A DNA stretch of 41,078 bases from assembly GCA_043810925.1 (NCBI GenBank), contig JBDRNT010000038.1:1-41078 (forward strand), in the 5' to 3' direction. The translations under genes and the position numbers were made by a program. This stretch comes from Candidatus Eiseniibacteriota bacterium. Its GTDB lineage: Bacteria; Arandabacterota; Arandabacteria; Arandabacterales; Arandabacteraceae. Under the pieces are notes generated by a model. The model worked only from the letters and a program-made list of their open reading frames with translations. It was not told where the DNA came from and made no database searches. Positions 10,833 to 20,316 of the stretch are shown piece after piece (position 1 is the first letter of the stretch; the number at the start of each line of letters is the position of its first letter).

Positions 10833-12221
10833 ATGGTACCGTTTTCATCCGGGTTTGGCGGTGGACTACTGGTCCGGGTCTTGAGCCTTGTCCTTGCCTT
10901 GTGCCTCATGGCAACTCTGGCAGAGGGAGAAGAGAACAAACATTCCGGGTCAAACCAACTGGAAGGGATAAACCCGTTCCCGCTTGACTACGACTCGGGC
11001 TCCATGGCGCTATATGCACTGAAGTCATCCCTGGATGCCTATGATGTCAGTACGGCCTACCAGCGCCTGACAGGGCTTTCAGGGACTGCCTTCAAGTTTG
11101 TTTATGACTCCACAGAGGCCTATGAGCCCCTGCGTGATCTGTATCCCATGGACGCTTTGGCTGAGGCTGCGACGGCGCTGGGGTTTTATGATGCGAAGTG
11201 GGTAACCGGCAAGCCGATCGGGGCTGTCAAGGATATCATCAAACATGAGATCGACAGTGGGCGGCCGGTGCTTGCCCCGTTTCTAAAGGCGGATGCCTAT
11301 CGCGGGTTCTTCATCGTGACCGGTTACGATTTTGACCGGGATCTCCTTTACCTGCAAGGGGCCTTTGAGGGCGACTCGGCGTATGTGACCGTACCGATCC
11401 CTGAGACGTGGGACGGCCCGACTGTGAGTCCCGCGGGATGGGCCACCAATCCCGTTTTCGTGATCGGGGAGGCCAAACGCCTGGACCAGAAGACTCTTGA
11501 GGCCGGGAAGGAGCCGGTAGAACGTGCCATCAGCGCGATGAAGGGAGGCAGCCTGCCCTATGGGCTGCATCCGGGTGAGCGTGCATATATGGGACAGCCG
11601 GGTCCACACGAGGCCCTGTATGGTTTCCCCGCCTATGACCTGCTTTCACATGAGATAGAGCACCGCGAATTGATAGACCGGACCGACGGAGGGGCCCAAC
11701 TCGACTTCGCCTTTCTATGGCGGATCAACTCGCAGGTCGGGCAACTCGAGCATGATAGGAGGAGCGCCAGGTTTTTTGCAAAACTCCTCTCCAGGGAACT
11801 TCCGGACGAGAAGCGTGCTGATGTCAGCGACGTCATGCAGAGCCTCGCAGAGACGGCCGACGATGCCGGGATCCTTCGGAAGTTCTTCTGGCATGTGATC
11901 ACAGATACGATGACGGCCGGTGACGTGGCCGGCTATGTGAAGGCAAACACTTCCATGGTATTCAGACTTCCTGATGTCGAGCCTTTGCTGAATGAGCTTC
12001 AGGCAGACGGTTTCGAGATCTTCGAGACCGCATGGGGCTGGCTCCTGGTGGATGACACACCTCGGAAACGCACGCTCGCAAAGACGGCACTCAGGAGTAT
12101 AATTGTGCGGGAGAGACGGTCACTTGACCTTCTCGAGGGAATTGCCGATCACATCGGGATCAAGCCGTCCGGCTCTAGACCGGAGGGCAAACCCAGGCGC
12201 CCGCCGCGCGGGAAGAAATAG
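10833..12221 (+). CDS. secreted BtrH_N (peptidase C39-like)/DUF4872-like protein
   Basis: Signal peptide. The segments GSMALYALKS...GLSGTAFKFVY and GRPVLAPF...GFFIVTGYDFDRDLLYLQG match the BtrH_N pattern, but Ser replaces the usual Cys. Ribosome-binding site AAGAGGAGG. Basic C-terminal tail. Confidence 0.5.
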   Translation: MVPFSSGFGGGLLVRVLSLVLALCLMATLAEGEENKHSGSNQLEGINPFPLDYDSGSMALYALKSSLDAYDVSTAYQRLTGLSGTAFKFVYDSTEAYEPLRDLYPMDALAEAATALGFYDAKWVTGKPIGAVKDIIKHEIDSGRPVLAPFLKADAYRGFFIVTGYDFDRDLLYLQGAFEGDSAYVTVPIPETWDGPTVSPAGWATNPVFVIGEAKRLDQKTLEAGKEPVERAISAMKGGSLPYGLHPGERAYMGQPGPHEALYGFPAYDLLSHEIEHRELIDRTDGGAQLDFAFLWRINSQVGQLEHDRRSARFFAKLLSRELPDEKRADVSDVMQSLAETADDAGILRKFFWHVITDTMTAGDVAGYVKANTSMVFRLPDVEPLLNELQADGFEIFETAWGWLLVDDTPRKRTLAKTALRSIIVRERRSLDLLEGIADHIGIKPSGSRPEGKPRRPPRGKK

Positions 12222-12264
12222 GCCGGGTGCCGGTGATGCTTAAAGGTTTCAGGAGGTAGATGAC

Positions 12265-13254
12265 GTGGAGAATAAAAGGGAGATAGGATCGATATCTGAA
12301 AAACTGGCCGGGATATGCCGGGCCAGTGAGTTCTTCAGGTGCGCCAGCAAGTATGCTGTTCCCTCGGATGAATCCGTGAAGGAAATACTCTTGCGCTTCC
12401 AGGAAGTGCTGCTCATCGGCTATTTCGGCAAGCAGAATATCCCCGATTGGGAGCTTGAAAGCCACCTGCATGTACTCCTGTCCAACCTGTTTGACTTGCT
12501 CGCAGGCCAGATCGCCAAGAGCCTCCGGCATGAATGCGAAGGCCTGCACGAAATATGCGACAACTGCAGGGCTCGAGGCGAAGAGCACGCACTTAAGACT
12601 ATGCGGGAGATCCCGAAGGTGAGAAAGACACTCGAGGGGGATGTCCAGGCGGCGTTCGACGGCGATCCGGCCGCCAAGAGCTTTGATGAGATCATCTTCA
12701 GCTATCCCTGTATCAAGGCGATAATGGTGCACCGTGTGGCCCATGAGCTCTACCTTCAGGGTATCCCGCTGCTGCCGAGGATCATGTCGGAGTATGCACA
12801 TGCCCATACGGGGATTGACATACACCCGGGAGCCAAGATCGGGAAGAACTTCTTCATCGACCATGGTACGGGTGTGGTTATAGGCGAGACGACTGTGATC
12901 GGCAACAACGTGAAGATCTACCAGGGTGTGACTCTTGGCGCGCTGAGTTTTCCCAAGGATGACAAGGGTAACCTCCTGAGGGGTATCAGGCGCCATCCGA
13001 AACTTGAGGATGACGTGACGATCTACTCCGGGGCCACGGTGCTGGGGGGGGATACAGTTATCGGCAAGGGATCGACGATCGGGGGCAATGTCTGGATTAC
13101 GAGAAGCGTGCCGCCCGGGACCAAGGTCGCAATCGAGCCGCCGGAATTGTCAATCAAGGGCGAGCTCACAGGGCGCGTCAAGGACGGGCGCGGTGTTGCC
13201 CACGACGCGAAGCCTAAGCGGAAGAGCAAACCCAAGACCAAACCGAAGAAGTAG
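12265..13254 (+). CDS. cysE: serine O-acetyltransferase with Lys/Pro-rich C-terminal tail
   Basis: Left-handed beta-helix hexapeptide repeats (DIHPGAKIGKNFFIDHGTGVVIGETTVIGNNVKIYQGVTLG). The start is a GTG preceded by AGGAGGT. The tail reads KPKRKSKPKTKPKK. Confidence 0.85.
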   Translation: MENKREIGSISEKLAGICRASEFFRCASKYAVPSDESVKEILLRFQEVLLIGYFGKQNIPDWELESHLHVLLSNLFDLLAGQIAKSLRHECEGLHEICDNCRARGEEHALKTMREIPKVRKTLEGDVQAAFDGDPAAKSFDEIIFSYPCIKAIMVHRVAHELYLQGIPLLPRIMSEYAHAHTGIDIHPGAKIGKNFFIDHGTGVVIGETTVIGNNVKIYQGVTLGALSFPKDDKGNLLRGIRRHPKLEDDVTIYSGATVLGGDTVIGKGSTIGGNVWITRSVPPGTKVAIEPPELSIKGELTGRVKDGRGVAHDAKPKRKSKPKTKPKK

Positions 13255-13265
13255 CGCCGGATCAA

Positions 13266-13391
13266 AGTTTCGGTGACACCACACTTAATTATGGTAGAGT
13301 TTCGGTGACACCACACTTAATTGTGGTGGAGTTTCGGTGACACCATACTCAATTAGGTGGAGTTTCGGTGACACCATACTCAATTATGGTT
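13266..13391. repeat. 4 tandem ~32-bp direct repeats (AGTTTCGGTGACACCAYACTYAATTRKGGTRG)
   Basis: Read directly from the sequence: units at 13266-13297, 13298-13329, 13330-13360 and 13361-13391 are contiguous with no spacers. The last unit is followed by the inverted partial copy GGTGTCA. Confidence 0.85.
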
Positions 13392-13427
13392 CGGTGTCAT
13401 CGCTGGCATAGATTGGCGATCTGTAGA

Positions 13428-13571
13428 GACTGCCGCGTCGCTCCAGTCCTCGCAGCGACACATCCCTGTGTCGGACTGCAGCGTCACTGCGCTTCCCGCA
13501 GCGGCATCTCCTTGTGTCGGATTGCCACGGCTCCTCCGAAGCCTCGCAACGGGCATGACGCCCACAATGAC
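13428..13571. repeat. REP-like structured repeat, locus 1 (units A 46 bp, B 46 bp, C 52 bp)
   Basis: The units GACTGCCGCGTCGCTCC..., GACTGCAGCGTCACTGCG... and GATTGCCACGGCTCCTCCGAAGCC...GGGCATGACGCCC recur at 23964-24062. The small stems GGCT/AGCC and GGGC/GCCC are conserved between the two loci. Confidence 0.7.
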
Positions 13572-13600
13572 AGAGAGTATTCAAGAGAGTATGCATCAGA

Positions 13601-15529
13601 TCAACCGACGGATTTCTTCACGTGATTTAAGAGCCCGCCGTCAAGCAGTGTTTCACGCTGGCGGTCGGACAGGTCGTAGACGACCTTGATTTCCTTCCCC
13701 TTCGTCTCGTTCTTAAGCACCAGGGGCTCATTTGCCTCGATGCTCTTCCGGACACCCTCAAGCCGGATCTGATCACCGCTTTCGATCCTGCCGTAGTCGC
13801 CTGCGTCTGCGAATGTCAGGGGGATGATGCCGAAATTGACGAGATTCGCTTTGTGTATCCTGGCAAATGACTTGGCAAGCACCCATTTGACCCCGAGGAA
13901 CATGGGCGCCAGGGCCGCATGCTCCCGGCTTGAGCCCTGGCCGTAATTCTCGCCGCCCACGATGAAGCCCCCGCCCGCCTGTTTGGCGCGATCGGCAAAC
14001 GTGGGATCGACCACCTCGAAGACGTGCTCGGAGATTGCTGGAATGTTGGATCTTAAGGGCAGGATCTTCGCCCCGGCCGGCATGATGTGGTCGGTTGTTA
14101 TGTTGTCCTCGACCTTGAGGAGCACCGTCCCCTCAATCGTATCCTGCAGCGGTTCGGGCACGGGGAGCGGCTTTATGTTGGGGCCCCGGATCACCTCGAC
14201 CTTGCTCCCGTCCTCGGGTGGCATCACGAGCATGTTATCGTTGATCAGGAACTTCTCAGGCAGATCTATGACCGGATGCTTACCCAGTTTTCTCGGGTCC
14301 GTAATGACCCCGTTCAAGGCCGCTGCCGCGGCAGTCTCAATGCTGGCGAGATAGATGTCGGCATCCTTGGTTCCACTGCGTCCGAGGAAGTTGCGATTAA
14401 ACGTCCTTACCGTGGTCGCACCCGATGGTGGGGCCTGGCCCATGCCGATACAGGCTCCGCATGCCGATTCAATGATCCGTGCGCCGGCGCCTGCGATCTT
14501 GGCGAGGGCCCCGCTGCGGGCAAGCATCTCCAATACCTGCTTCGATCCCATACCCACGGAAAGGCTTGAACCGACTTTTACTGTCTTACCCGCGAGCACC
14601 TCGGCAAGCAGGAGCATGTCGCTTAAGGACGAATTGGTGCAGCTTCCGATGACAACCTGGTCGACCTTCTTACCCTCGATCTCGCTCACCTTGACAACGT
14701 TATCGGGACTGTGAGGCTGGGCTATCAGAGGTTCAAGTGCGGAGAGATCAAGATCGATGACCTCATCATATTCGGCATCACTGTCGGCGGTGATCTCCTT
14801 CCAGTCCGATCCCCGGTCCTCGGCCTCAAGAAAGGCACGCGTGATTTCATCACTTGGAAAGACGGATGTCGTGGCACCGAGTTCGGCGCCCATGTTGGTT
14901 ATGGTTGCCCGTTCGGGGATGCTTAAGTTCTTCACGCCCTCGCCGCCGTACTCCATTATCTTACCCACGCCCCCTTTGACCGAGAGCCTTCTCAAGAGCT
15001 CGAGGATCACGTCTTTGGCCGCAACCCAGTCCGGGAGTTTTCCCTTAAGGTTGACAAGCACGATCTTGGGCGCCGGCAGGTAAAACGGGTAACCGGCCAT
15101 GGCTGCGGCAACGTCGAGCCCCCCGGCACCGATTGCTATCATGCCGATGCCGCCCCCTGTAGGCGTGTGGCTGTCAGAGCCAAGGAGGGTTCTCCCCGGA
15201 ACACCGAATCGCTCGAGGTTTACCTGGTGGCAGATGCCGTTTCCGGGCCGCGAGAATACTATCCCGTGCCTGGCTGCCACGGTGCGAAGGAACCTGTGGT
15301 CATCGGCATTCTCGAACCCGGTCTGAAGCGTGTTGTGATCGACATAGCTCACCGAGAGATCGGTCTTTACTCTCTGTATCTTCATGGCTTCGAATTGCAG
15401 GTAGGCCATTGTGCCCGTAGCATCCTGGGTGAGGGTCTGATCGATCTTGATGGCAATTTCATTTCCGGGTTCCAACTTGCCGGACACGAGGTGGCTCTCA
15501 AGTATCTTGTGTGCGACTGTCTTTCCCAC
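13601..15529 (-). CDS. aconitate hydratase (aconitase family)
   Basis: Aconitase catalytic and swivel domains (IAIGAGGLDVAAAMAG, SCTNSS, GGENYGQGSSREHAALAP). The start was set to GTG 15529, which is preceded by GAGGGAGGT and gives MGKTVAHKILESHL. The ORF-track extension to 15769 is rejected. Confidence 0.9.
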   Translation of the reverse strand: MGKTVAHKILESHLVSGKLEPGNEIAIKIDQTLTQDATGTMAYLQFEAMKIQRVKTDLSVSYVDHNTLQTGFENADDHRFLRTVAARHGIVFSRPGNGICHQVNLERFGVPGRTLLGSDSHTPTGGGIGMIAIGAGGLDVAAAMAGYPFYLPAPKIVLVNLKGKLPDWVAAKDVILELLRRLSVKGGVGKIMEYGGEGVKNLSIPERATITNMGAELGATTSVFPSDEITRAFLEAEDRGSDWKEITADSDAEYDEVIDLDLSALEPLIAQPHSPDNVVKVSEIEGKKVDQVVIGSCTNSSLSDMLLLAEVLAGKTVKVGSSLSVGMGSKQVLEMLARSGALAKIAGAGARIIESACGACIGMGQAPPSGATTVRTFNRNFLGRSGTKDADIYLASIETAAAAALNGVITDPRKLGKHPVIDLPEKFLINDNMLVMPPEDGSKVEVIRGPNIKPLPVPEPLQDTIEGTVLLKVEDNITTDHIMPAGAKILPLRSNIPAISEHVFEVVDPTFADRAKQAGGGFIVGGENYGQGSSREHAALAPMFLGVKWVLAKSFARIHKANLVNFGIIPLTFADAGDYGRIESGDQIRLEGVRKSIEANEPLVLKNETKGKEIKVVYDLSDRQRETLLDGGLLNHVKKSVG

Positions 15530-15714
15530 AGGACTACCTCCCTCGCTGGAATGGTTCACGATAAATGGATTTCTAGAGCGCATCATACCACGAATGCTCG
15601 CTCCAACGCAACGCTCTCTCCCCCCAGGGTCAGGCCTTGAAACTTGGGATTCGCAATGTCGCTTCCGGTCTCGGTGCCCGATAAAAGAGGATCGTTGCGG
15701 ATGGAACCCAGAAG

Positions 15715-17205
15715 TTACGGCCCGCCGAAGCGGCCGGTGTTCTTGTTGTCGTGGCGGTAGCAGGGCCACGGTGAGGTCGCATAGCCCATGCTTGTCGTCT
15801 CAAGTGCCCATAGAAATCCGTGGGGGCCCGGGTTGTTCTTGTGGGTACCGATATAGAGGGTTCCGTCGCTAACGATAGCGGGCGATGACCAGTTGATTCC
15901 TCCAAGCACCGTCTTCCAGTTGAGTGTGCCGTCGGGATTGAGGGCATAGAGACACGCTGTCTCGGCACCGAAGTAGATCAGGCCGTCGGCTCCGACTGTC
16001 GGTGTGCAGTAGACGTCATCCAGAGGGGCCGTGCTCGAATCCTCCTCGACAGAGTACACCCACTTCTCAGTCCCCCACGGGGTCAGGGCAATCACGCTGC
16101 CGCACTTCTCCTGGCAGGCCTTTGTCGATACGTATATCGTGCCGTCAGAGCCGATCGTAGGTGAGCCCCGGACATAACAGTAGTAGCCGTCTACGAAATA
16201 CTTCCACCTGACCGATCCATCCGGGTTGAAGGCCCAGACCCAGGATTCGCCCTGGGCTTCAGTCCCGAGGTAGATGGCGCCGTCATCGTCGATTGCCGGG
16301 GAGGTAAAGGACATCTCGTATTCGTAGGCGAACTTGACATGCCATTTCTCGGTGCTGTCGGGATTCACCGCATAGAAATCGTCCTGGTGTATCGAGAGAT
16401 AGATGGTGCCATCGGCGCCGATCACCGGTGACTGGCGGCAGTTCCTCCACGGTGTCGGGTTAAACCACCAGAGTCGCTCGCCCGTATCCGGGTCCACTGC
16501 ATAGAGCCCGTCAGCGGCGACATAGACTGTGCCATCGGCCCCTATTGCGACCGTTCTTTGGCCCACGGGGTAACCCGAATGATCGGGATTCTCGAAGTCG
16601 TTGAATTTCCATCTCAGTTCGCCTACAGGGGACAGAGCGTAGACATTGCTTCGATAGTCCTGGACGTATACCGTGCCATCCGGGCCGATCGCAGGTGAAT
16701 AGGCGTTGTGTTCGAGATCGTACGACCACTGGATGAAACCTAAGGGGCTCACAGCATAGACCGTACCATAGTCTGTAATCGAGTAGGCCCCGGTGCTTAT
16801 GTATATCGTGCCGTCATCCCCGACGGCCGGTGAGCAGTAATAGACTTCCTTTTCAACCTCGACGGTCCAGAGCACCCTTCGTCGGCATAGCGCCAGCAGC
16901 GTATGGTCTTGCGTGTCCATTACGAAACTGCCGCTGTCCGGCACGATCTCATCGTCCAGAGTGACTACAAGATCGCTGTAGCCCTCCTTGAGAGCATACT
17001 GGTAGTTGATCGTGTCCACCCAGGTGTACTCGGTCTCCTGCGACTCAGGATAGCCCCAGAGACCCCCACACTTGTCCACGGTCAGGGTGTATGACTCCGG
17101 GCCCCCGTTGGACGTATCGGTGGTCTTGTCGCTGCAGCCCGTGATCAAGAGAAGACAAGCTGTAAGGGCGAGCGGAACAACGCTCACCGGACGCCCGACG
17201 TTCAT
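15715..17205 (-). CDS. PQQ-repeat beta-propeller lipoprotein
   Basis: Lipobox LITGC. Repeated G(A/P/D)DGT(I/V)Y(V/I) blades occur more than 8 times. Ribosome-binding site GGAGG. Confidence 0.8.
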   Translation of the reverse strand: MNVGRPVSVVPLALTACLLLITGCSDKTTDTSNGGPESYTLTVDKCGGLWGYPESQETEYTWVDTINYQYALKEGYSDLVVTLDDEIVPDSGSFVMDTQDHTLLALCRRRVLWTVEVEKEVYYCSPAVGDDGTIYISTGAYSITDYGTVYAVSPLGFIQWSYDLEHNAYSPAIGPDGTVYVQDYRSNVYALSPVGELRWKFNDFENPDHSGYPVGQRTVAIGADGTVYVAADGLYAVDPDTGERLWWFNPTPWRNCRQSPVIGADGTIYLSIHQDDFYAVNPDSTEKWHVKFAYEYEMSFTSPAIDDDGAIYLGTEAQGESWVWAFNPDGSVRWKYFVDGYYCYVRGSPTIGSDGTIYVSTKACQEKCGSVIALTPWGTEKWVYSVEEDSSTAPLDDVYCTPTVGADGLIYFGAETACLYALNPDGTLNWKTVLGGINWSSPAIVSDGTLYIGTHKNNPGPHGFLWALETTSMGYATSPWPCYRHDNKNTGRFGGP

Positions 17206-17236
17206 CAGCAGCCTCCGGGAAAGGGTTCGTATGTCA

Positions 17237-20080
17237 TCATCTCAGTGTCTCGATGAGTGCTCTTGCCTGGTCATTCGCCGGATCGATCTTTAGAATGGCC
17301 TCGAGCTCCTTACGGCCCTTCTCCTCGTCCCCATTGGCAAGGTAGAGATTGACGAGATCGAATCTGGCCGGAAGATAGTGTGCATCGATCCTTATGGCTT
17401 CCTTGAAGTGTTTCTCCGAAGCCTTGAAATCCCCGAGCTGACGGTTCAGTATACCCAGGTTGATGTGCACCATGTGCACTTCATGCTCGTAGCCAAGACC
17501 CTCTTCGAGCTCGCGCTTGGCATCTTCGAATTGCCCGCCGCTTGCCAGAATGACCGCGAGACTTGTACGGGCGGGATTGAAACCGGGGTGTATCTTAAGA
17601 GCTTCCCGGTAACACTCGATCGCCTTATCGTTGTCACGCAGGCCCTGATACACCTTTCCAAGGCTGTGCCATCCCTGCAGGCTCAAGGGGTTTATCTCAA
17701 GCGCGGTCTCGAGCTGGGTCTTTGCCGGATTGAATGCGCCTCTGCGGATGTACTCGCCGGCCAGATTGATCCTTGATTCATCATAATCCGGTCTGAGCTC
17801 AACCGATCGCTTGAAAGCGGATAGGGCCTGGTCATGGGACCCCTGCTGGTGGGACACAACCCCCAGATTGAAATAGGCCTCGGCATTTCGTGGGTCCTTC
17901 GCAATGATCTCTCGCGACACTCTGGTTGCATCCGAAAGCCTCCCCAGGTTTATATAGGAGATCGCAAGCATGTTCTGTGCATCTAGAAAGTTCGGATCCT
18001 TCTCAATGGCTTCCTTGAGAACGCTAACAGCCTCTTCCGGCTCACCCTTGTGCACCAATGCATCAGCGATTGATGTCATCACGGTAGCGTTGTCGGGGTC
18101 CTGTGACAGCACTTCCCTCCAGATCTCGATGGCCTTGTCGAACTCAGCGTTTGCGAAGTGGGATGAAGCCAATCTCATCAGGCCGGTTGATCCACTGCCA
18201 CTCCCGCCGATGTAGCCCAGTGCTCTTAAGCGTTCAAGAATCGCCTCTTGTTCGTCCTCGCGTCTGATGACTGATCCGGTGGCTGCCATCGTTCCGTATG
18301 AGTCTATCTCTCCGATTCCGGATGTCGATGCAACCCAGCCTTCATCCAGGGCCTCCTCAAGAATTCTGCCCGGCATGTCGGTGGATGCCGGCAGCCCAAG
18401 GAGTCTCAAGAGGGTGGGGGCGACATCCAGCACCGATGCGTCCGTGAACCTTACACCCCGCTTGATTCTGTTACCGTAGAGCGCAATCGCACCGGCCAGT
18501 CTGTGCCACTTTATCGGCTGACCTCCGCCGATTGCAGAAGGTCCCGCTGGGCGGATATCCCCGCTCTTAAATCCATGATCCGATAGAAGAACGAGCGTGG
18601 TCTCGTCGTCTATGGTGTCAAGCCACTCGCCGATCAGGCTATCCGTGTGGAGGTAGGCCGCCGCCACGGCATGGCCGTATTTCGCAGCGTCCTCATCTGA
18701 GATGTCACTCGTGTGTGGCTCCATATGCTTTATGAAGAGATGGCACACGTTATCGACCATATCGAGATAGACCGAAAAGAGGTCGGGACGGAACTTCTGG
18801 TAGAGATATATGCCTGCTCGCTCATAAGTGATATTGGAGGCTAAGATCAGCCTTAAGTTCCTTATGGGATCAAGCGGATCAAATGTCTTGGCCGTCGGTG
18901 CGATCTCCTCCGGAGTCACATCGATGTATCTCCGGAGTGTCTCGTATGACACGTCCTCATAACCTACTATCATCGGTCTCAGCTCATAGATCAGGCTCTC
19001 GGGAAACGCCAGCCCCGCCACGTCTTCTGTCTCATCGTGAGCACTTTCGTCGTACTCGGCGCTCGTCCAGCGCGGATCGAAGGTGTGAAACACGATTCTG
19101 TCGGATACCATGAACCCTGAGACCGGCTCGGCAGGATAGGTTCCGAGCCACCCTATAAAGCCCGAGGACAGCCCGAACCTCGTTGCGATATTCCAGAGGG
19201 CCGGAACCCTGCGCATGGAACTTGTTATGGGTACGTCTTCACCCGTTGCTTCGTCCTTCTGGAGAAAGTCGATTATGCCGTGGACATGCGGCTCCACACC
19301 TGTGGCCATGGTCGTCCAGATCATTGGGGAAACGAGCGGGTCCATCGAAACAAGATCACCCGTGGCGCCTTCCTGGATAAGCCGTTCAATATTGGGCATG
19401 GGTGTATGCTCTGAGACCTGCTTATAGATCTCCCAGTCGAGCGCATCGCTGCCTATTATGACGACCTTGCCGCCGAGCCGCTCGGCGACCTCGATAATGG
19501 CCGCATCCTGTTCGTCAATGACGAGATCGAGGGACTTAAGCGATACGCTGTGGAGATTGACGCCATAGGTAGCGAGTGACGGCGTCAGCGTCTCGAGCAT
19601 CCCCTGCTCAATCCTCTGGTTATCATCTTCTTTGGAATAGCTGTCAAACACACTGAGATGCCGCCGGAGGTAATCGCTCACCAGCGGGGCGACCAGGTCT
19701 TCCTCATATCTTCCCTGGTAGGATCTATGAAGGGGGCCGACGCGGTCCCGCTCGACGGAAATCTCAAGCACAAGCCCGGCAGCAAGTGTGCCACCGGGGG
19801 TCTGCGATTCCACCTTGATATCTGTGCTGACGGGTTCAACAGGATAGACCGCCGCCCGCTTCCATGGGAGGCGGAGATGAGGTCCAGGCTCAAGGTACTC
19901 CAGTGCCCCGCCGGTCTCAACGACCCCGATCTTCCCACCCGGCACGATCTGGACCGATGCAACAATACCCGCTGCAACTGCAAGAGCCACCACGGCCAGA
20001 ATGCCCATCTTGCGTCCTGAATCTCTCAGAATCTCACCCTCCCGAGGAAGTGCGTCCTCATCATTATAGTCAATGCTCAC
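17237..20080 (-). CDS. multidomain membrane protein: SPFH/band-7-like, then alkaline-phosphatase-superfamily phosphodiesterase-like, then TPR repeats
   Basis: N-terminal TM helix plus a VVETGG...PGPHLRLPW SPFH-like segment. The central domain is paralogous to 6398-8251 (GFMVSDR, SDHGF, LLGLP..DMPGR..EEA, RLRALGYI). The C-terminus has at least 10 TPR motifs. The start codon is uncertain: AGGAGG abuts the GTG. Confidence 0.75.
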   Translation of the reverse strand: MSIDYNDEDALPREGEILRDSGRKMGILAVVALAVAAGIVASVQIVPGGKIGVVETGGALEYLEPGPHLRLPWKRAAVYPVEPVSTDIKVESQTPGGTLAAGLVLEISVERDRVGPLHRSYQGRYEEDLVAPLVSDYLRRHLSVFDSYSKEDDNQRIEQGMLETLTPSLATYGVNLHSVSLKSLDLVIDEQDAAIIEVAERLGGKVVIIGSDALDWEIYKQVSEHTPMPNIERLIQEGATGDLVSMDPLVSPMIWTTMATGVEPHVHGIIDFLQKDEATGEDVPITSSMRRVPALWNIATRFGLSSGFIGWLGTYPAEPVSGFMVSDRIVFHTFDPRWTSAEYDESAHDETEDVAGLAFPESLIYELRPMIVGYEDVSYETLRRYIDVTPEEIAPTAKTFDPLDPIRNLRLILASNITYERAGIYLYQKFRPDLFSVYLDMVDNVCHLFIKHMEPHTSDISDEDAAKYGHAVAAAYLHTDSLIGEWLDTIDDETTLVLLSDHGFKSGDIRPAGPSAIGGGQPIKWHRLAGAIALYGNRIKRGVRFTDASVLDVAPTLLRLLGLPASTDMPGRILEEALDEGWVASTSGIGEIDSYGTMAATGSVIRREDEQEAILERLRALGYIGGSGSGSTGLMRLASSHFANAEFDKAIEIWREVLSQDPDNATVMTSIADALVHKGEPEEAVSVLKEAIEKDPNFLDAQNMLAISYINLGRLSDATRVSREIIAKDPRNAEAYFNLGVVSHQQGSHDQALSAFKRSVELRPDYDESRINLAGEYIRRGAFNPAKTQLETALEINPLSLQGWHSLGKVYQGLRDNDKAIECYREALKIHPGFNPARTSLAVILASGGQFEDAKRELEEGLGYEHEVHMVHINLGILNRQLGDFKASEKHFKEAIRIDAHYLPARFDLVNLYLANGDEEKGRKELEAILKIDPANDQARALIETLR

Positions 20081-20316
20081 CTCCTGTTCCAGTGATTCCC
20101 TTAATGCCTGCGGAAGCCCCGGGAGGTCAAAGCCCTCGGGGTCAGGTCTTGAAATTAAGCGTTTTCGATGGCCGGCTCCGCTCCACCGAGTTCAAGTCCT
20201 GCCAGGCCTGCCAGAATCGCGCCGCTCTCGGTTCCCACCGGCAACCTATTTCTATTGTAAACATCCAAAACATATGGTAAAATAAGGTATCGCAAAACAT
20301 TCTACAGGGGGATCTA

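Noticed and set aside
10453-10884. 143-aa plus-strand ORF rich in F/L/A.
   Set aside because: It is the antisense reading of the Lys/Ala-rich H1-like gene. The minus-strand gene has a near-perfect ribosome-binding site, while this one is a low-complexity artefact.
12175-12996. 273-aa minus-strand ORF.
   Set aside because: It is entirely antisense to the serine acetyltransferase gene, which has unmistakable hexapeptide repeats. It has no ribosome-binding site or recognisable domain.
13266-13571. Possible CRISPR array.
   Set aside because: The repeats are contiguous with no unique spacers. The 46-52-bp units are imperfect and partly palindromic, which is REP-like. There are no cas genes nearby apart from a lone Cas4-like nuclease 8 kb away.
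15530-15769. 80-aa N-terminal extension of the aconitase ORF, and the similar 62-aa extension of the isochorismatase ORF (10240-10425).
   Set aside because: The internal starts have good Shine-Dalgarno sequences: GAGGGAGGT before GTG 15529, and GAAGGAGG before ATG 10239. They also restore canonical family N-termini. The extensions are basic low complexity and overlap the upstream gene or intergenic space.
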